From the human T2T-CHM13v2.0 reference genome, Homo sapiens: a stretch of DNA of 64,000 nucleotides. Below, one piece after another: positions 1-20,242 of the stretch. Made by a program: the position numbers and the translations under genes. How positions within the stretch are numbered: the first letter of the stretch is position 1; every line of letters starts with the position of its first letter. The notes under the pieces are model-generated. The model made no database searches. It was not told where the DNA came from and saw only the letters and a list, made by a program, of their open reading frames with translations. The DNA lies in NCBI RefSeq assembly GCF_009914755.1, contig NC_060942.1. One strand, 5' to 3'.

Positions 1-1461
1 TATGTTTGGAAATTTGAATAAAAAAGTACTAGTTTTAAATGTATGGTGGCTTCAGAGGAGCAGTTGGAAAAGTTATGAATTCGTTTCCAAAAAACTACTC
101 AAATAACAAAAAACTGCAAAAATAAACTCTATCAACAGCAATTGTACAAGGAAGGAAATCTAATCACAGTAATTACTTGATACTATAGTACACAGTAATG
201 TGAACACTGATTTTTGATTTAACTCTTTTTTGTTTTAATTATATTGAATTGGGGAGAAGTGGCAGATATAGAAAGTCAAAAGTGATAAAGACATTGTGGC
301 CTAAGCAAATTATCAGAGATAAATGTTAAGAGAAGTAGTTAAAAGAGGGAATGATGGTCTTTAAAAAGGAGAACTGGGAAAGGGTAGGGCAAATTTCTGC
401 TTGTTTTCATCATAACTCTTTAGTTATTTTAGTTATTTTACTATAACTTGCTAGCATATTATGATTCATTCATATTATTATAAAAGCCTATAAAAGATTA
501 TAAGGTAAACTTTAACTTGCAAAATGATATAAAATTATGGTAAAGAAAAAAATTACAAATTGAGTCAATTTTGTTTCAAGCTGATTATTTCCTTTTCACT
601 CGATACATGATGAGCAGTTTTATTTTCTCAGACCATATAGGAGCCAGGGAAAAAAGACCTGTATACGCCAAAGGATGACCATGATGAAATGAATCTTTTC
701 AAGCCATAGATCTATGATTTGCATACTCTAAGAAATGGGCAGCCAAAACAATTTTCTAAACTCAGTAACGATAGAGAGGACCATAACAAGAACTGATATA
801 TATCTGAAATAGCATAACATAATGTAACCAGCAGTATTACTTACAAGCCAATTAGATATCAACCAATTGCACTGCAGTTTAGGAATGTAGATGAGGAAAT
901 AGATGGGAGGCTATTCCACTTACCATTACAATCCTTTCTTTTGTATTCCAGAGGAACAGCGGTTTATTGAAAGGAAAGCAAATGTCCAGAAGCAAAAACA
1001 AACAAACAAAAAACAAACAAACAAAAACAGAAAAAACTTCCCCAAAAGTAAAGAATCACAGCTTTATTCAGTAGCTCCTCAATTAAAATAGTCATCTTCT
1101 TAATTGTGCCATCTTCAGAAGCAGCCATATATACTGTAGTTAAGAGGCACATGGTGAGAAATTTGGGGTCCAATCAAGATGATAGGATTCATCTACATGG
1201 CAGCCCTCAAAGATTCTGGAAGAGAAAAATGGTGAAAAGGTAAATGATTCAGAGGGTTAGCGCACTCAATTGTATAAATAAAAATGGAGGATTCAAGTGC
1301 AATCAGCAAAATACATCATTTAAAAATTTTTATTGACAGATTTGTCAATCTTGTGCAAAGGAAATTTAGTAACCAACTCAATTTGCCAAATGTTTATGAC
1401 TGCTTCCTATGTTTATAGAAATACAAAGCTGAAAAAGGCATATTTCACATGAGGAATTTAG

Positions 1462-1788
<327 letters not shown>

Positions 1789-1989
1789 TAAGTCTGATTA
1801 ATTATTGCTAGGAAGAATAATATAAGACCCAATTTTTTATTATTTTAAACAGTCAGTGAACCAGCTTAAGTAGATAGTCCGCAAATACTTATTGAGCACT
1901 TATTTATTTACTGCACTTGAAATCCGTACTTGAAAGATGAAGATGAGGAAGAAACTGAGTAGACTTGGAGGGAAGTGAATAAACATTGG

Positions 1990-2200
1990 ACATTTATTAT
2001 GATTCAGGTACCTGCTAGATGCATTACATAAATACTTCATTTAAACCTCACATCAATCCTATGCGATTGTTGCTGTTTCTCAGATTTTACAGAGGAGAAA
2101 ACTGAAGCATAAAGGGTCAGGTATTTTGCCACAGGTCATGCAGCAAGTAAGTGGTGGAGTTAGGACTGGATCCTAATCTGTTTGATCCTATTTCCACTCT
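1990..2200 (-). mobile_element. MIR SINE fragment
   Basis: 'ttttacagaggagaaaactgaagcat...ggtcatgcagcaagtaagtgg' resembles the reverse-complement MIR core. Confidence 0.75.
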
Positions 2201-2647
2201 CCAAGGCCAGTCCTCACACTGGGTAAAGTCGGCTATGATTTAGAAAAACAAGGGCACAGGGCACTGTAATTAGTCTTTTTAAATATAAAATTAAATGAAT
2301 TTACTTGGAGAAATATTCATTATTCTTAGGTTATGCTCTTCCTGTATGCGTGTGTGTGTTACAATGTCCAGGTGAGGATATTTTGGTAATAGAATATACT
2401 GATTTCTTTTTTTTTATTTTTTTTATTTTTTTATTTTTTTTAATTATACTTTAAGTTTTAGGGTACATGTGCACATTGTGCAGGTTAGTTACATATGTAT
2501 ACATGTGCCATGCTGGTGCGCTGCACCCACTAACTCGTCATCTAGCATTAGGTATATCTCCCAGTGCTATCCCTCCCCCCTTCCCCCTCCCCACCACAGT
2601 CCCCAGAGTGTGATATTCCCCTTCCTGTGTCCATGTGATCTCATTGT

Positions 2648-6501
<3,854 letters not shown>

Positions 6502-6537
6502 TTAGTTGATGCAGTTTCTTCCTAGTCTCGATGGTCT

Positions 6538-7552
6538 TTACATTTTGGCATGATTTTGCAGCGGCTGGTACCGGTTGTTCCTTTCCATGTTTAGCACTTC
6601 CTTCAGGAGCTCTTTTAGGGCAGGCCTGGTGGTGACAAAATCTCTCAGCATTTGCTTGTCTGTAAAGTATTTTATTTCTCCTTCACTTATGAAGCTTAGT
6701 TTGGCTGGATATGAAATTCTGGGTTGAAAATTTTTTTCTTTAAGAATGTTGAATATTGGCCCCCACTCTCTTCTGGCTCGTAGGGTTTCTGCTGAGAGAT
6801 CCACTGTTAGTCTGATGGGCTTCCCTTTGAGGGTAACCCGACCTTTCTCTCTGGCTGCCCTTAACATTTTTTCCTTCATTTCAACTTTGGTGAATCTGAC
6901 AATTATGTGTCTTGGAGTTGCTCTTCTCGAGGAGTATCTTTTTGGCGTTCTCTGTATTTCCTGAATCTGAACGTTGGCCTGCCTTGCTAGATTGGGGAAG
7001 TTCTCCTGGATAATATCCTGCAGAGTGTTTTCCAACTTGGTTCCATTCTCCGCATCACTTTCAGGTACACCAATCAGATGTAGATTTGGTCTTTTCACAT
7101 AGTCCCATATTTCTTGTAGGCTTTGCTCATTTCTTTGTATTCTTTTCTCTAAACTTCCCTTCTCGCTTCATTTCATTCATTTCATCTTCCATTGCTGATA
7201 CCCTTTCTTCCAGTTGATTGCATCGGCTCCTGAGGATTCTGCATTCTTCACGTAGTTCTCAAGCCTTGGTTTTCAGCTCCATCAGCTCCTTTAAGCACTT
7301 CTCTGTATTGGTTATTCTAGTTATACATTCTTCTAAATTTTTTTCAAAGTTTTCAACTTCTTTGCCTTTGGTTTGAATGTCCTCCCGTAGCTCAGAGTAA
7401 TTTGATCGTCTGAAGCCTTCCTCTCTCAGCTCGTCAAAATCATTCTCCATCCAGCTTTGTTCCATTGCTGGTGAGGAACTGCGTTCCTTTGGAGGAGGAG
7501 AGGTGCTCTGCATTTTAGAGTTTCCAGTTTTTCTGTTCTGTTTTTTCCCCAT
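6538..7552 (-). pseudogene. ORF1: L1 ORF1p (RNA-binding chaperone), disrupted
   Basis: MGKKQNRKTGNSK...NHAKM. CGA>TGA stop at 7259-7261 and a 2-nt deletion near 7145 (1015 nt against the canonical 1017). Confidence 0.96.
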
Positions 7553-8975
<1,423 letters not shown>

Positions 8976-9000
8976 GAAGATAGTGATTTCTTAATGCTTC

Positions 9001-9260
9001 TCTCTATTTATAGATCTATCTGTAGAACTACATAAATAGATCTATAGATATGTAACTTTTAATGCTTACCTCTATATATTTATAAATCCATAGGTGAATA
9101 GATATAGAAGTCCATCTATGGATATGTTTCTACACACATATATGCTTTTACATGTATAATAATGGTCTTATACATATTTTCTCATATATATTTATTTTTA
9201 TATATCTTATATATATAATTAATGCTCAGATATAGGTGTATGTGTATATATATAAATGTA
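9001..9260. repeat. AT/TA-rich low-complexity tract
   Basis: Degenerate (TA)n and tagatcta runs. Confidence 0.6.
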
Positions 9261-9918
9261 AAATTTTATTTTTTTAAATTGGGTATTGGACTAAGTAATA
9301 TTACATAGGCAAACCCCCACTTAAAAATTTTTACTTGATATGAAATCTACAAATATAAGAATTATTCAAACACAATAAAAAGATTACTCAGTCATCTTCA
9401 GGTATTTTTGATAGCTATTCCTTGTAAGAGAAAGGGTTTGTAAATCACTAGCATTTCATGATTGCAACATACAGTGAAGGGCAAAATTTTTTTTAGATAA
9501 AATTTCAGTAGTTTTGATAAAAACCCACAAGAAAGTTACATCAGTATACAATCACATGGTTAGGTATACTGTCATTATTTGGGACATTTTAAAACAAAAC
9601 CCTCACATTTGCCAACATTTTTTGAAGAGAAATTTAATGAATAATGGTATTTCCTTATTACAGAATTATTTATTTTTCTTGAAACAGTCTGTTGCTTTCA
9701 CCAAATTGTGAGAGGAACTTACATTTTATGGAGAAGAGAAAAATTCAAGATTTTGTTTTCTCTTTCCCATAAACCAAAATGCCACTGTTAGTCAGGACCT
9801 TGGCAATGAAGCTTAGTGCTTTGAGAATTTTGGGGGAGTGTGGCTAGAGGGTAAAGCACCAAATCCAAAGCACCTTTGTCATTTACCACCATAAGATTTA
9901 GTGAAGACAGTTTGGGTC

Positions 9919-10272
9919 TGGTATGGTTTGAATGTGTCCCCTCCAAAATTCAGATGTTGCCAATGTGATGGTATTAAGAGGTGGGGCCTTTAAGAGGTGA
10001 TGAGGTCATAAGGACTCCTTCCTCATGAATGGGATTCAGTTCTTTAAAAAGAGGCTTCACCCAGCATTTGACCCTGTTGTCTGTCTGCTTTCTGCCACGT
10101 GAAGACAGAGAGTTCTCTCTCCAGAGGATGCATCCCTCACCAGATAATGGAACCTACAGGTGTCTTAATCTTGGACTTCCCAGCCTCCAGGCTGTGAGGA
10201 AATAAATTTATATTGTTTATAAATTACCCAGGCTCAGGTATTTTGTTATAGCAGCACACACATACTAAAACA
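9919..10272 (+). mobile_element. Solo ERVL-MaLR LTR (MSTC/MSTD or MLT1A-like)
   Basis: TG...CA ends: 'tggtatggtttgaatgtgtcccctccaaaattca' and 'ttttgttatagcagcac...actaaaaca'; internal AATAAA. Confidence 0.85.
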
Positions 10273-10589
10273 GTGCCTCTGAGACTTAGTTTTCTTGCAT
10301 GTAAAATATGGATGTTAACCGTGGCCCACTTGAGATAAAGCATATAAAAACCTTTTCAAACTAGAGCTCTACATGAAGATGATATGTGAAAAGGAATGGC
10401 ACAAAATTTTTAGCTAAGAATTTGTATTTAGTTGATTAGTTATATGTAGTTGATAGTTGAGAGGGGAGCAGAATACTGACTCAGAAAGTGTGTGTTTTTG
10501 TGCAAACACACTAAGAGTCAGAGTCAAGTTTATCTCAAAAGACTTTGAGGGTTGCCCTCCCCAGTTTCTCCCCCTTTTTTCAAGGACCT

Positions 10590-11017
10590 CACTTCCAGCT
10601 ACCAGCTCTCTCCCTTGCTCATTCTGCTCCAGTGGCCTCCTTGCTGATTCTTGAAAATGTCATGTATGCTATGGCCTCAGGGCCTTTGCATTTGCTCTTT
10701 CCTTCTACTGGGAATACGCTTTTCTTAGCCATTCACAAGGCTTGACACCTGACCTCCCTCAGGTCATTATCTATGTGCCATTGCTCATGACCATCTAAAA
10801 TCACAAACTCTCCATCCCTTTCCACTTTATTTTCCTTTATATCACTCATTATGTCACTTCTGTTACTTATTTTTGTTTGATAATTGTCTGCATTCCTTCC
10901 ACTAGAATGTGTGCTCCAAAGGGCAGGCAGTTTTTTTTTGTTGCATTTACTGTTGTGTCCCTAGATCAGCGTCTGTCACATAGTAGGCACTCTATATACA
11001 TATTTGTTGAATGAATG
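10590..11017 (+). mobile_element. L2 LINE 3' end
   Basis: 'gcctcagggcctttgcatttgct', 'cactagaatgt...gggcagg' and terminal 'tatttgttgaatgaatg'. Confidence 0.8.
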
Positions 11018-12059
11018 CTAGTGAATGTTCCCTTTTCTTACCACAGAAGAAGCAGCAAAGTATCCAGCCAAAGTTTCTGTTTGCCATCTATTCAATTTAA
11101 TACTAAGAGATTTGTGCTTGACTGTCTTTGAAGAAATTAAAGAGAAGGCTAAAGAATGTTGTATGGGTCTGTTGTAAAAGCTACCACAAAAGGGTTGCAA
11201 TTAAAAATAAAATTTGACAAGTAATTAGTCTACATTTCTTTTTTTAGTCTACATTAGTTATCTTTTTTAATTTTGAGAAAGACATTACAGATTGGTTAAG
11301 ATATTTCATCTCTGATTTAGCAAATGCATCCAATAGTAATTCCTGTATAAATGTTACTTTTTTCTACTCCTCTTCTCAAGATTTATTGCTGGAATATTTT
11401 GATGAATTTTGAGTCACACAAACCAAATTTTATAGTTTAGGATACACATAAAATAGTGAATCTAAGGATAGCATTAAGTTTTCTAACTATAAATGTACCC
11501 ATTAACATTTATTTCATATTTTATTTTTTCTTGTGGTTAAAATCTCTGATATATAACTTCTTTTACCACTTAACACGACTAGGCAAAAATATTGACACCT
11601 CTTTATGGGGGAATTAACAAATATTACATTGATGATGCTAATGTATTTTCTCTAGTATTCAATGGGCTGTACAACTTCACATTTAATAGTTCAATAGTAC
11701 AACACAACAAAAAAATCGGAGTGATAATAAGGACACTTATTTTGTCTCATATCTAGATACTCAGAGAGTGAGAGCCTTCAGATTTGGGTGAGTGATGCCA
11801 TTAGAACCAAGATTTCTTCCATTCTTCTGCTCTATCATTCTCAGCACAACATGCTTTTCTCATTAAGGTAATAGTTTTTAATCTAGCCCAAATATACTGC
11901 CACCTCCCTCCAACTAGTGTAAGAAATATCTGCTGTCCCATGTCGTTTACTTCTGATTAGAATTGTACCTGGAAAGGCAGCCCTTCCAGGTACTGAAAGC
12001 TGAGGATCCCTAAAGCAAAAGTCACAAGGAAGCAGCTTACATTACGTAGAGATGGAGAG

Positions 12060-12240
12060 TATGGGGAGTAGAGTTGGTCTGCCAGTGTTCAGATAGTGAC
12101 CCTACTTCTCATTAGCCATGCTATCTTGAGTAATTACTTCATTTCTATGTGTAAATTAAGGTAGATAATAGTGCCTTCCTTAAACACATTAAAATTATTT
12201 AAAACCATGTGTGGCCTATGAAAACTGCTCAATAATCATA
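12060..12240 (+). mobile_element. MIR fragment
   Basis: Degenerate MIR core, 'cttgagtaattacttc...gtaaattaaggtagataatagtgcc'. Confidence 0.5.
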
Positions 12241-15200
12241 AGTTTTCATGATTATTTCCCAGTTATAATAGATCTCCCAAGCTCAATATCAAATTAGCTG
12301 TTATCTGGACAACACAGACAATAGTTCAGGCCCAAGCTGTTACTTCCTTAATAATCTGGAGCTTTTAGGAATCAGGCATTTCATTTGCTTAGTTTATCTG
12401 GGTAATACAATGTACCTTGTCATTGAGTTAGTGATGAGGTTAAAGTTATGGTATAAAGATGAATAGGTATCTGGGAGATAAGTGGATTGGGGTTACACCT
12501 ATAAGTGATACCTAAAGAAACCATTGGGCAGGTAAGCACTATTCAACCCTATTACCAAAGCATGGCATGTGTGGATCCTATGGACAGCTTGTACTAGGAG
12601 GAAGCTTTATAATTTGATATTTCACATGATAGCCTGATTAAATTTCTTGCATGTCCACAAACATATATATGTATATTTTAATATTCATGTACATGTAGAT
12701 ACAGAGACAGAAAGAGACAGCTCATAAGACAAAAGGTATTATCCTTATAGGTCTTATCAGTCAAAGATCTGGAGAAAACAACAACAGACTAAAATATTTG
12801 CACAAATACCTAGAGAGCGATGAATGCTTTTGGAGCAACCCTGGTCAAAGCAGCATGTTCTTGTTCATTTTTTTTTCTTTTTAAAGTCCTCCCCTTGCTG
12901 TTCTTGTCCCATAGGTAAAGAAGTGGAGTTGATTTTACAAATGACTATTGCTCTGATGTTTTTAAAGAGCTTCAGGAAAATAAGTGAATTCCTACTGGAG
13001 TTGACACTCAAGCTTTCTTGAGAACAAACCCTCTTGCCTACCCTTCTGATGTGGCAGCTTTTCAAGCAGTTTCCCTTCCTTATGAAAGGAAAGGATTGTG
13101 TTATTATTAGAGGAATTATCAAGCCGTCTGCACTTCTTTTCTATAAGAAAAGAGAATAGGGTGTCAATCCTGTAAATGCCACATTGTTTTTTATTTTTAA
13201 AAAAGGTTCTTTCTTTTTTTAACATTGCGATGAGATCCTGATATATACAACCCTAAAATTATTCACGTGCTGCTATTGGGAAGTCCCCCGAAACCTAGGG
13301 CAGTGTGAAAATGAGAAGAAGGTAATATATTTTTTAAAAGCAGGTGGTTGAGTGTTTTAACCACCTTTGTTCTATGATCATGGAGAAAACACCCCTTCCC
13401 CCTACCCCATATCCGCAAAGGATTCTAAGGAAACAGTTTTGAGTCTGTTCTCCTAGGACCGCAGCTATTCAGGCCCTCTTCATTCTTTTAAGGTGGATAT
13501 TGACAACCTAGCAGGTCACAGAAGTGTGTTTAGTTTCACTCTGGGACAAAGAAACAGGGAAAGTCAGTCACATTTTGTGTACGTGTGTTTGTGCATGTGC
13601 ACACAGTGTCATGCAACCTTATATGTGTGTGTGTTTGTATGTGTGTGTACGTATGTATAGAGATTGGATACGAATTTGCCATGGCTTTTGTTAAACAGCA
13701 AATAAGCTTTGCCCATTTGGACATGCTATCAGAATTCTGAATTTCTGGTTAAAAATCTCTCCGCTTGAACATGTCTGCTGGAAATCACTGCCGTTGCTGT
13801 TGCCAGGGGTCATTAAATGTACAGGAGAGGAGGCGAGGCAGAGATGCTCTTCCTTGTCTTAAATGAGCATGGGTTAGTGCAGAACACTGGTGGATGAGCA
13901 AGTTATATACAATCCCAGGGACTCCGGTCCCCCTCCTGGGGACTGCGAAATTCTATGCCACTGTGAAGCAGCTTAGAAATGAGCCGACAAAGAAGTCCGT
14001 TGACTTTAACGTGAATATGCTCGAATCACACAGAAGACAAGAATAAATCACCTTACAACTGCGTCTAGTGTAATTTTCCTGTCTCCTTCCAGTTCCCCCA
14101 CCCCCACCCCTTTTGTTCTTTGTGGATGTTTTTGTTATCAGCAGCATCATTGAGAAGCTGCCTTTTTGGGATTTTTCTATAGGTGACTAGGGTGTGAGCT
14201 AGGTGCTGCTGCAGTATGAATCTTTTAAAAGGCGCCTAAGAAATATTTAAGACCCTGGTCTAGGAGGAACGGCTCTCCCAGGCATAATTTTTGGTGCTGG
14301 TTGCAGCAGGGAGCGTATGCTGGGAGGAAAGTATTATTTTTCTAAATGGAAGGTGTCAGATGGTCACGCAATGTGACTGCATGTTCGAGATCACTGCCTC
14401 CCATCTGCAATTTGTGACGTGTGAAAGATTCTGCCCAAATGTGCTCACCAACTGGAAATCCTCGGCACTTTTTTTCCTTATCAGGAGAGACCAAGATAAC
14501 CAATGGTTTACAGATCAGGGATCCTATCAAATTAATATCACTGTAGGATAAAATCTGTTTTAAATACAACTCCTAAACTCCAGCAAAGTTAACTAGTACA
14601 AACAAGTTCATTCATCTGATTAAGAACCGCTGCTCAGGAAACAACAACAAAATGAAATCTGCTTATCACTGTCTCTCACTTCAAAATAGTCTTATGTTTA
14701 TAGCTTTCACAAACAGGCTGGATCCAAAAGATGATATATTTTTCCATGCTAATTAATATAGACCAAATGACAGCATCTACCAGGACTGAAGCAAAGCATT
14801 TTCAAATCATTGTTGGTTTTTCCTTGTCTTATACTCCTCTGAGTCTTTTTCCAATTAAACACGGCAAAACTCAGAAAGAGCAGACTATTTAGCCATTGCC
14901 TAAGTAAGGGTTCTATGTTTTGAGCTGAGTTCGAAGCTTTGAGTTCTGTTTATTCTTGGCTAGGCATAATTCCCAGCTTCTCAAATAAAAGGGTCGTAAA
15001 AAGGCTCATGAGGTGCTTCAGACATCAAACAGCTCATACAAAACAATATCTTGATGAGTTAAGTGCAAATGAATCAGAAACATAATGGGCTAAAATTTCC
15101 TTGTTGTGCACAGGGGTTGACATTTCAAGGAGAGAAGTTCTTGGCTCTGCAAAGCACACCTTGAGTTTTATCACCTTCGACCCTTGGAAAGGGAGTGTCT

Positions 15201-16739
15201 AGGTTTGGCCTGACTGAGAGGTGGGCTTTGTTTACTTTATTCTAAGCTGCTAGAATACAAAAAAGGGAAGGTCTTGCTCCAGTTTTTAGTTTCTCATCTG
15301 TATAAAATGAGGAAGAAGGAAGGGCTAGAAGAAAGAAATCCTCAGGCGAGTGCAAAAGCTGTATTCATTCCCAAATCATTTTATATTGTATATTTTGCAT
15401 CACAAAGCTCTTCACAATCAGTGACAAAATATAGAGGGATTACAAATTCAAGAGATGGATCACCATCACTGTTTTGTGAAGCGGCATGCCACTGTTGGCT
15501 GCGGAGGGTACGTAGGAAATTACAAAGGGCTGAAATCCCCTGTGCTAAGACAGTGATCTGGAGTACAAAGGCATGGGCATGACACCTCCTCCCAAAAGAA
15601 GTGCCTGAAACTGCCCTTGAGGGGCAAAGAACAACACCATCTGATTGCTTCTCACACAAACCATTGCCATATACTGAGGCCTGGCTGGTTCGCTTTAGGG
15701 GTGACCCAGGTAGGCCAAGTAAAAAGAACAGTGATGTGAAGAAGAATATGGCAAGACATCGGATTTTGTTGAAGGAAGAGAACATGCAGCTGAGAGGAGG
15801 CTGTTCCAGAATAATTTATCAGGGAATAAAGAATGAACAGAGGAAAATAGGTCTTTTACTCAATAATAGCCCTTTGCATTGATTCTTAGGGTTCCTTTAA
15901 CAGTAAAGCCCTCCTCTCTCTTCTCAGCAAACCCAAATCCTGTCTAATCTTTAGAACTCAGCCAATCCATCCTTCTCTGCAAATGTTCCCACATTGTTAG
16001 GAGCCTGAAATGAGTTGTACTCATCCTTCTCTGAATTCACTCACCAAATATTGTTTCTGCAATCATTTTGGCAATTAAGTGAAAGTCAATGACTTTTTGG
16101 TTGGCTTACATATTTCATTAATTTTTGTTGGTTTCTATTGAAATTGGAGGTTTCTTGAGGCGAGGTGTTAGCCTTAATTTTATCTTAGGTTTGTACTGAA
16201 GTAGGGCAAAGATCTCAACTTTGCACCCTAAGTCACTGCACTGTACCTGTAGGTGGGTATCCCTGTGCCACCTTTAGAGGCCAGGAAATCAATTCTGAGA
16301 GGCCATGTCTCATGTCCATGTCACAGCCTAAGTTGTGGAGCCAAGCTTGGCATCCTGACTGATGAAAAAGTTTTTTCTTAGATAGAAACTAAGTAATTGC
16401 TTTCTGTGTTTATAAAAAAATCAGGGAGATGTCTCATGAGTATGTTCATTCTTTTGTTTCAGAGTGAAAGCATCCCTTACATCTCTGTTCCTTAGAAGCC
16501 CTGTCTTTGCTTACTCCAGGAGAAGAGAAGGCATAGGTGGCCATTACATGGGTTTTGATGTGAATTGCTGGCCAAGGTACTTTGGAGTCTTGCTGTGGTA
16601 GTTTGGAGTTTGCTGTTAGAAGAGTGATGTTGCAGCCAGTGTTTCCAATTGCTGTCGAAACAGAAATCAGTCTGCTCCTGATTACTCATCAGCAGTTGTA
16701 CCACTCAGGATTTGTTCTTGAGATTATGAGGGGCTCTCC

Positions 16740-16925
16740 ACCCTGGCGGCATGTTAAAATCACTTTGGAGGCATTTAAGGGGGCAAAATAATGCCTGGAC
16801 CAGATTCCCAGGGATCTTGATATCCAGTTGGTTTGTAGCGGGGCACAGGCATCTGTTTTTTGTTTTTGTTTTCATTTTATAAGCTCCCTACTTGCTTCTA
16901 ATGGCACTCAGGGTTAAGGAACCCC
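16740..16925. mobile_element. MER5-like hAT-Charlie DNA transposon fragment
   Basis: 'ggggcacaggcatctgttttt...aagctccc...ttctaatg...cagggttaaggaacc' resembles MER5A/B. Confidence 0.5.
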
Positions 16926-18047
16926 GAGAGACCATGCTGGAGACCTAGCAGGTGCAGTGAGTAAGCCGCTGGGGGAGAATTTAGTGCTGGCAAAAAGAAC
17001 GCTCTTACAGCCCCTTACTTCTCTTACATGAAGCAGTCACTCTCACACACACGTTCCCACTCCGCCCAGTAATCCATGTTAATCCTGGTCTGGAGCAAGC
17101 ACTTCTAAGTAGTAAAAGCCTAAAAAATGCTTTTCCACTTTCATACTGTGATGCTTTTGGGGGGCTGTTGTTGCTGGTAATGTGATGTATTATGTGCTGG
17201 GCATATAATGAAGACGTGGGGCAATCCACTAGATGTGAGTCCAAGCCATGGTCTGAATCTGAGTGCAGATTTTCCAGAGCCCCGTGAAACAATGGGAGTG
17301 ACTGTGTCTTCTCACCTATTGTCCTGGAGCCATTGCCCTTGCAGGTACCTGCCACATCCCTATGCTTCCTGGGCCCAAAGACATTCCAACCCATATTCCT
17401 GAACACTATGAAACTCAACATAGAGGATGTGCTGATATGCTAAACATGCAGAGCCCACCTCTATAAAGCTTACCACCTTCTCGGGTATGGAAGCAGTCTC
17501 AGCTTTGTCTGTGGCAGGTCTGTGACAGCCCCACGCCATGAAGAGGAAGGCCCACTGTGACTCCAAGCGGTCCCACCTCCCTGCTCATGGGAACTGCCAG
17601 ATGTTTTACTTGTCCCTTTCTTCTCTTTTTCTGACGGCTTTTGATGGGTTCTATAAGGGGGACAGTGTTGAGGTGAGGGGAGGAGGCAGGAAGAGAAAAG
17701 TCCTTCTCAACCCCTCATTGGCATTCACATCCTCAGCTGTTGCACGTTCATCTTCTGGACACTTATTTATTTTGTCCCCTTCTTTCTGTCTCCTTGGAGA
17801 TGCCAGTTCCTCTCTCTATAGGCATGCTGGCGGTAGCATTTGTTGGGCATGATCTAGAATCAGTACTTCCTTAAAGATTAGGGAAAGGCTGAGTAGTTAA
17901 TAAAGAAGAGTCAAAACTGTGGGGCAGAGAAGAGGGAAGGAAACAGGAGAGAAAGAGTGGGGGCTAGTAGGAAAGAATATGCTAGCCACATGTTCTGTCT
18001 CTTTGGAATTTTCAAAGCTTTACTAGAACTTAAAATATTGGTATTTT

Positions 18048-18199
18048 CTACTCAGGAGGCTGATGTGGGAGAATTGCTTGAGCCTAGGAGTTCAAGGCTG
18101 CAGTGAACTGTGATGGCACCACCGCACACCAGTCCGGGCACCAGAGTGAGACCCTGTCTCCAATAAGCAAAACAGAAAAGAAAAAAAAAGAAAAAAAAA
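18048..18199 (+). mobile_element. AluJ right-monomer fragment
   Basis: 'ttgagcctaggagttcaaggctgcagtga...gtgagaccctgtctc' followed by an A tail. Confidence 0.88.
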
Positions 18200-18215
18200 T
18201 ATATATATATAATTT

Positions 18216-18217
<2 letters not shown>

Positions 18218-18262
<45 letters not shown>
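18218..18262. repeat. (CA)n microsatellite
   Basis: About 22 CA units after the Alu tail. Confidence 0.95.
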
Positions 18263-18265
<3 letters not shown>

Positions 18266-18379
18266 TCTTCTGTCTTTAGACCTTACCTCTTCTCATTTTA
18301 GGTTCCCTTTCTGAGAGATTTTATTTACTTATCTACTTGACTGCTTCAATTATTTTGTTTTCTTCCTCTCAGGATATTT

Positions 18380-19310
18380 AAATATGTGTGCAATTTGGTT
18401 TGTAATTCCTTTCCTGAGCTGTAGAGCTGTGTATTCATTCACCTGTCAACTGTATAGCCCTGCCTGGATTTCTCAAGGCATCTCAAAATTCGTGTGTCAA
18501 CAACTCACCTCATAACTTTCCCCTCCCTACAGCATGCTTCTCCAGCACACCCTTTCTCAGATAATGGCGCCAGCCCAACCAGTTGATCAAGTTAGAAAGC
18601 AAAAGGTTTTCTTAGCCTTCCCCCTCTCTGACCCCATATCTACAACAAGCCAATTATTAAATCCTAATTCTGCTCCTTGAATAACTCTGAAATTCACCTG
18701 CATATCCTTTTTGGTTGTATATTTCAAAGGCCTTGTGGTAGACTGACTAGTGCCCTCCCACAAATGTGTTCACATCCTAGTCCTCAGAACCTGTGACTAT
18801 TTTACCTTCCATGGCAAGAGGGACTTTGCAGAAGTGATTAAGGATCCTGAGATGGAGAGATTGTTCTGGATCATCTCGAAGGGCTCAATGTAATCACAAG
18901 GATCTTTATAAGAGAGAGTCAGTAGATTCAGAAAGAGAAGAAGATGTGACGACAGAAACAGACACAGGAATGTTGGGAGGCTATGACCCACAGAATGCAG
19001 GAAGCTCCTAGAAGCTATACAAGCAAAGAAATAGGTTTTCCCACTTGAACTTCCAGAAGGAACTCAGTCCTGCTGACCCATTTTAGACTTCTGACCTCCA
19101 GAACTGTAAGAGAATAAATTTATGTTGTTTTAAGCTCCTAGGTATGTGAAAATTTGTTACAGCAGTGTCAGAAAACTAATATAGACCTCAACCATTTTCC
19201 TTCTCTCCAGTTATGCAAACTTCTAGACCCTTCCTGCCACAGCAGTCAGAGGGAGTGTTCTAAAACACAAATCTGCTCATGGCTATTCTAAATGTTGAGA
19301 TGCCTTCTGC
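18380..19310 (+). mobile_element. L2 fragments interrupted by an MLT1 LTR
   Basis: 'ggatttctcaaggcatctcaaa' on the left and 'ccacagcagtcagagg...ctaaaacacaaatctgctcatg' on the right are collinear L2 motifs. Confidence 0.6.
18734..19183 (+). mobile_element. Solo MLT1D-like LTR
   Basis: 'ggcaagagggactttgcaga', 'gacctccagaactgtaagagaataaatt'; 5-bp TSD ggcct/gacct. Confidence 0.88.
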
Positions 19311-19883
19311 AAGAATAAATCTTTTTTTCTTATTTTTACCTCTTCCTCTTCCACTTTCTGGGATATGACATGTGCCAATAAAGCAACAGCATTGGGTGTT
19401 TTTCCTTAACCTTAAATTTCTTGACATAACACACCCAACCCCTTTGGGGCTAACCTTATACCAACAAAATAGCATTGTTACCAATGCCACTGCAAGTTGA
19501 GAAATGGAACGAGGAATTCTTAGTGCAATGTTTAGGGAGATGCTAGGCAGTCACTTGGGGCTTTATACTTTAATCAAGGCCAGACGTTTGAGGGTAGCTT
19601 TCCTTTCTTCTACTCTTTCACTTATGAAGCGGAAGTGAACACTGAAGGAACCTAAGAGGTTCCAGGAGACATGGAAGTTGGTGTCCAAGTACGTGTAGGA
19701 CCAAGAAATAAATAACCTGGAAAATAATCTCTGTAGAGTTGAGAGGCTGGCGGGGAAGATAACTATTAAGAGATGACAGAAGCTAAGGAAGACTCTTTAT
19801 AGATTGCCACACAAGGGTAGAGCCTAACATAAATAATTGCCCTGAACATTTTTGTGATGACCTGTATTCAATTGATAATAATA

Positions 19884-20178
<295 letters not shown>

Positions 20179-20242
20179 TGTTGTGGTGATGGATTGTTAA
20201 GATCTCATTTCCTCTTCCTTTAATGACGTTAAGAGAGTATTG

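Noticed and set aside
11965-11993. 10-bp stem hairpin gtacctggaa/ttccaggtac (similar short stems near 27134 and 54006)
   Set aside because: Stems of 8-10 bp can arise by chance in 64 kb, and there is no supporting context.
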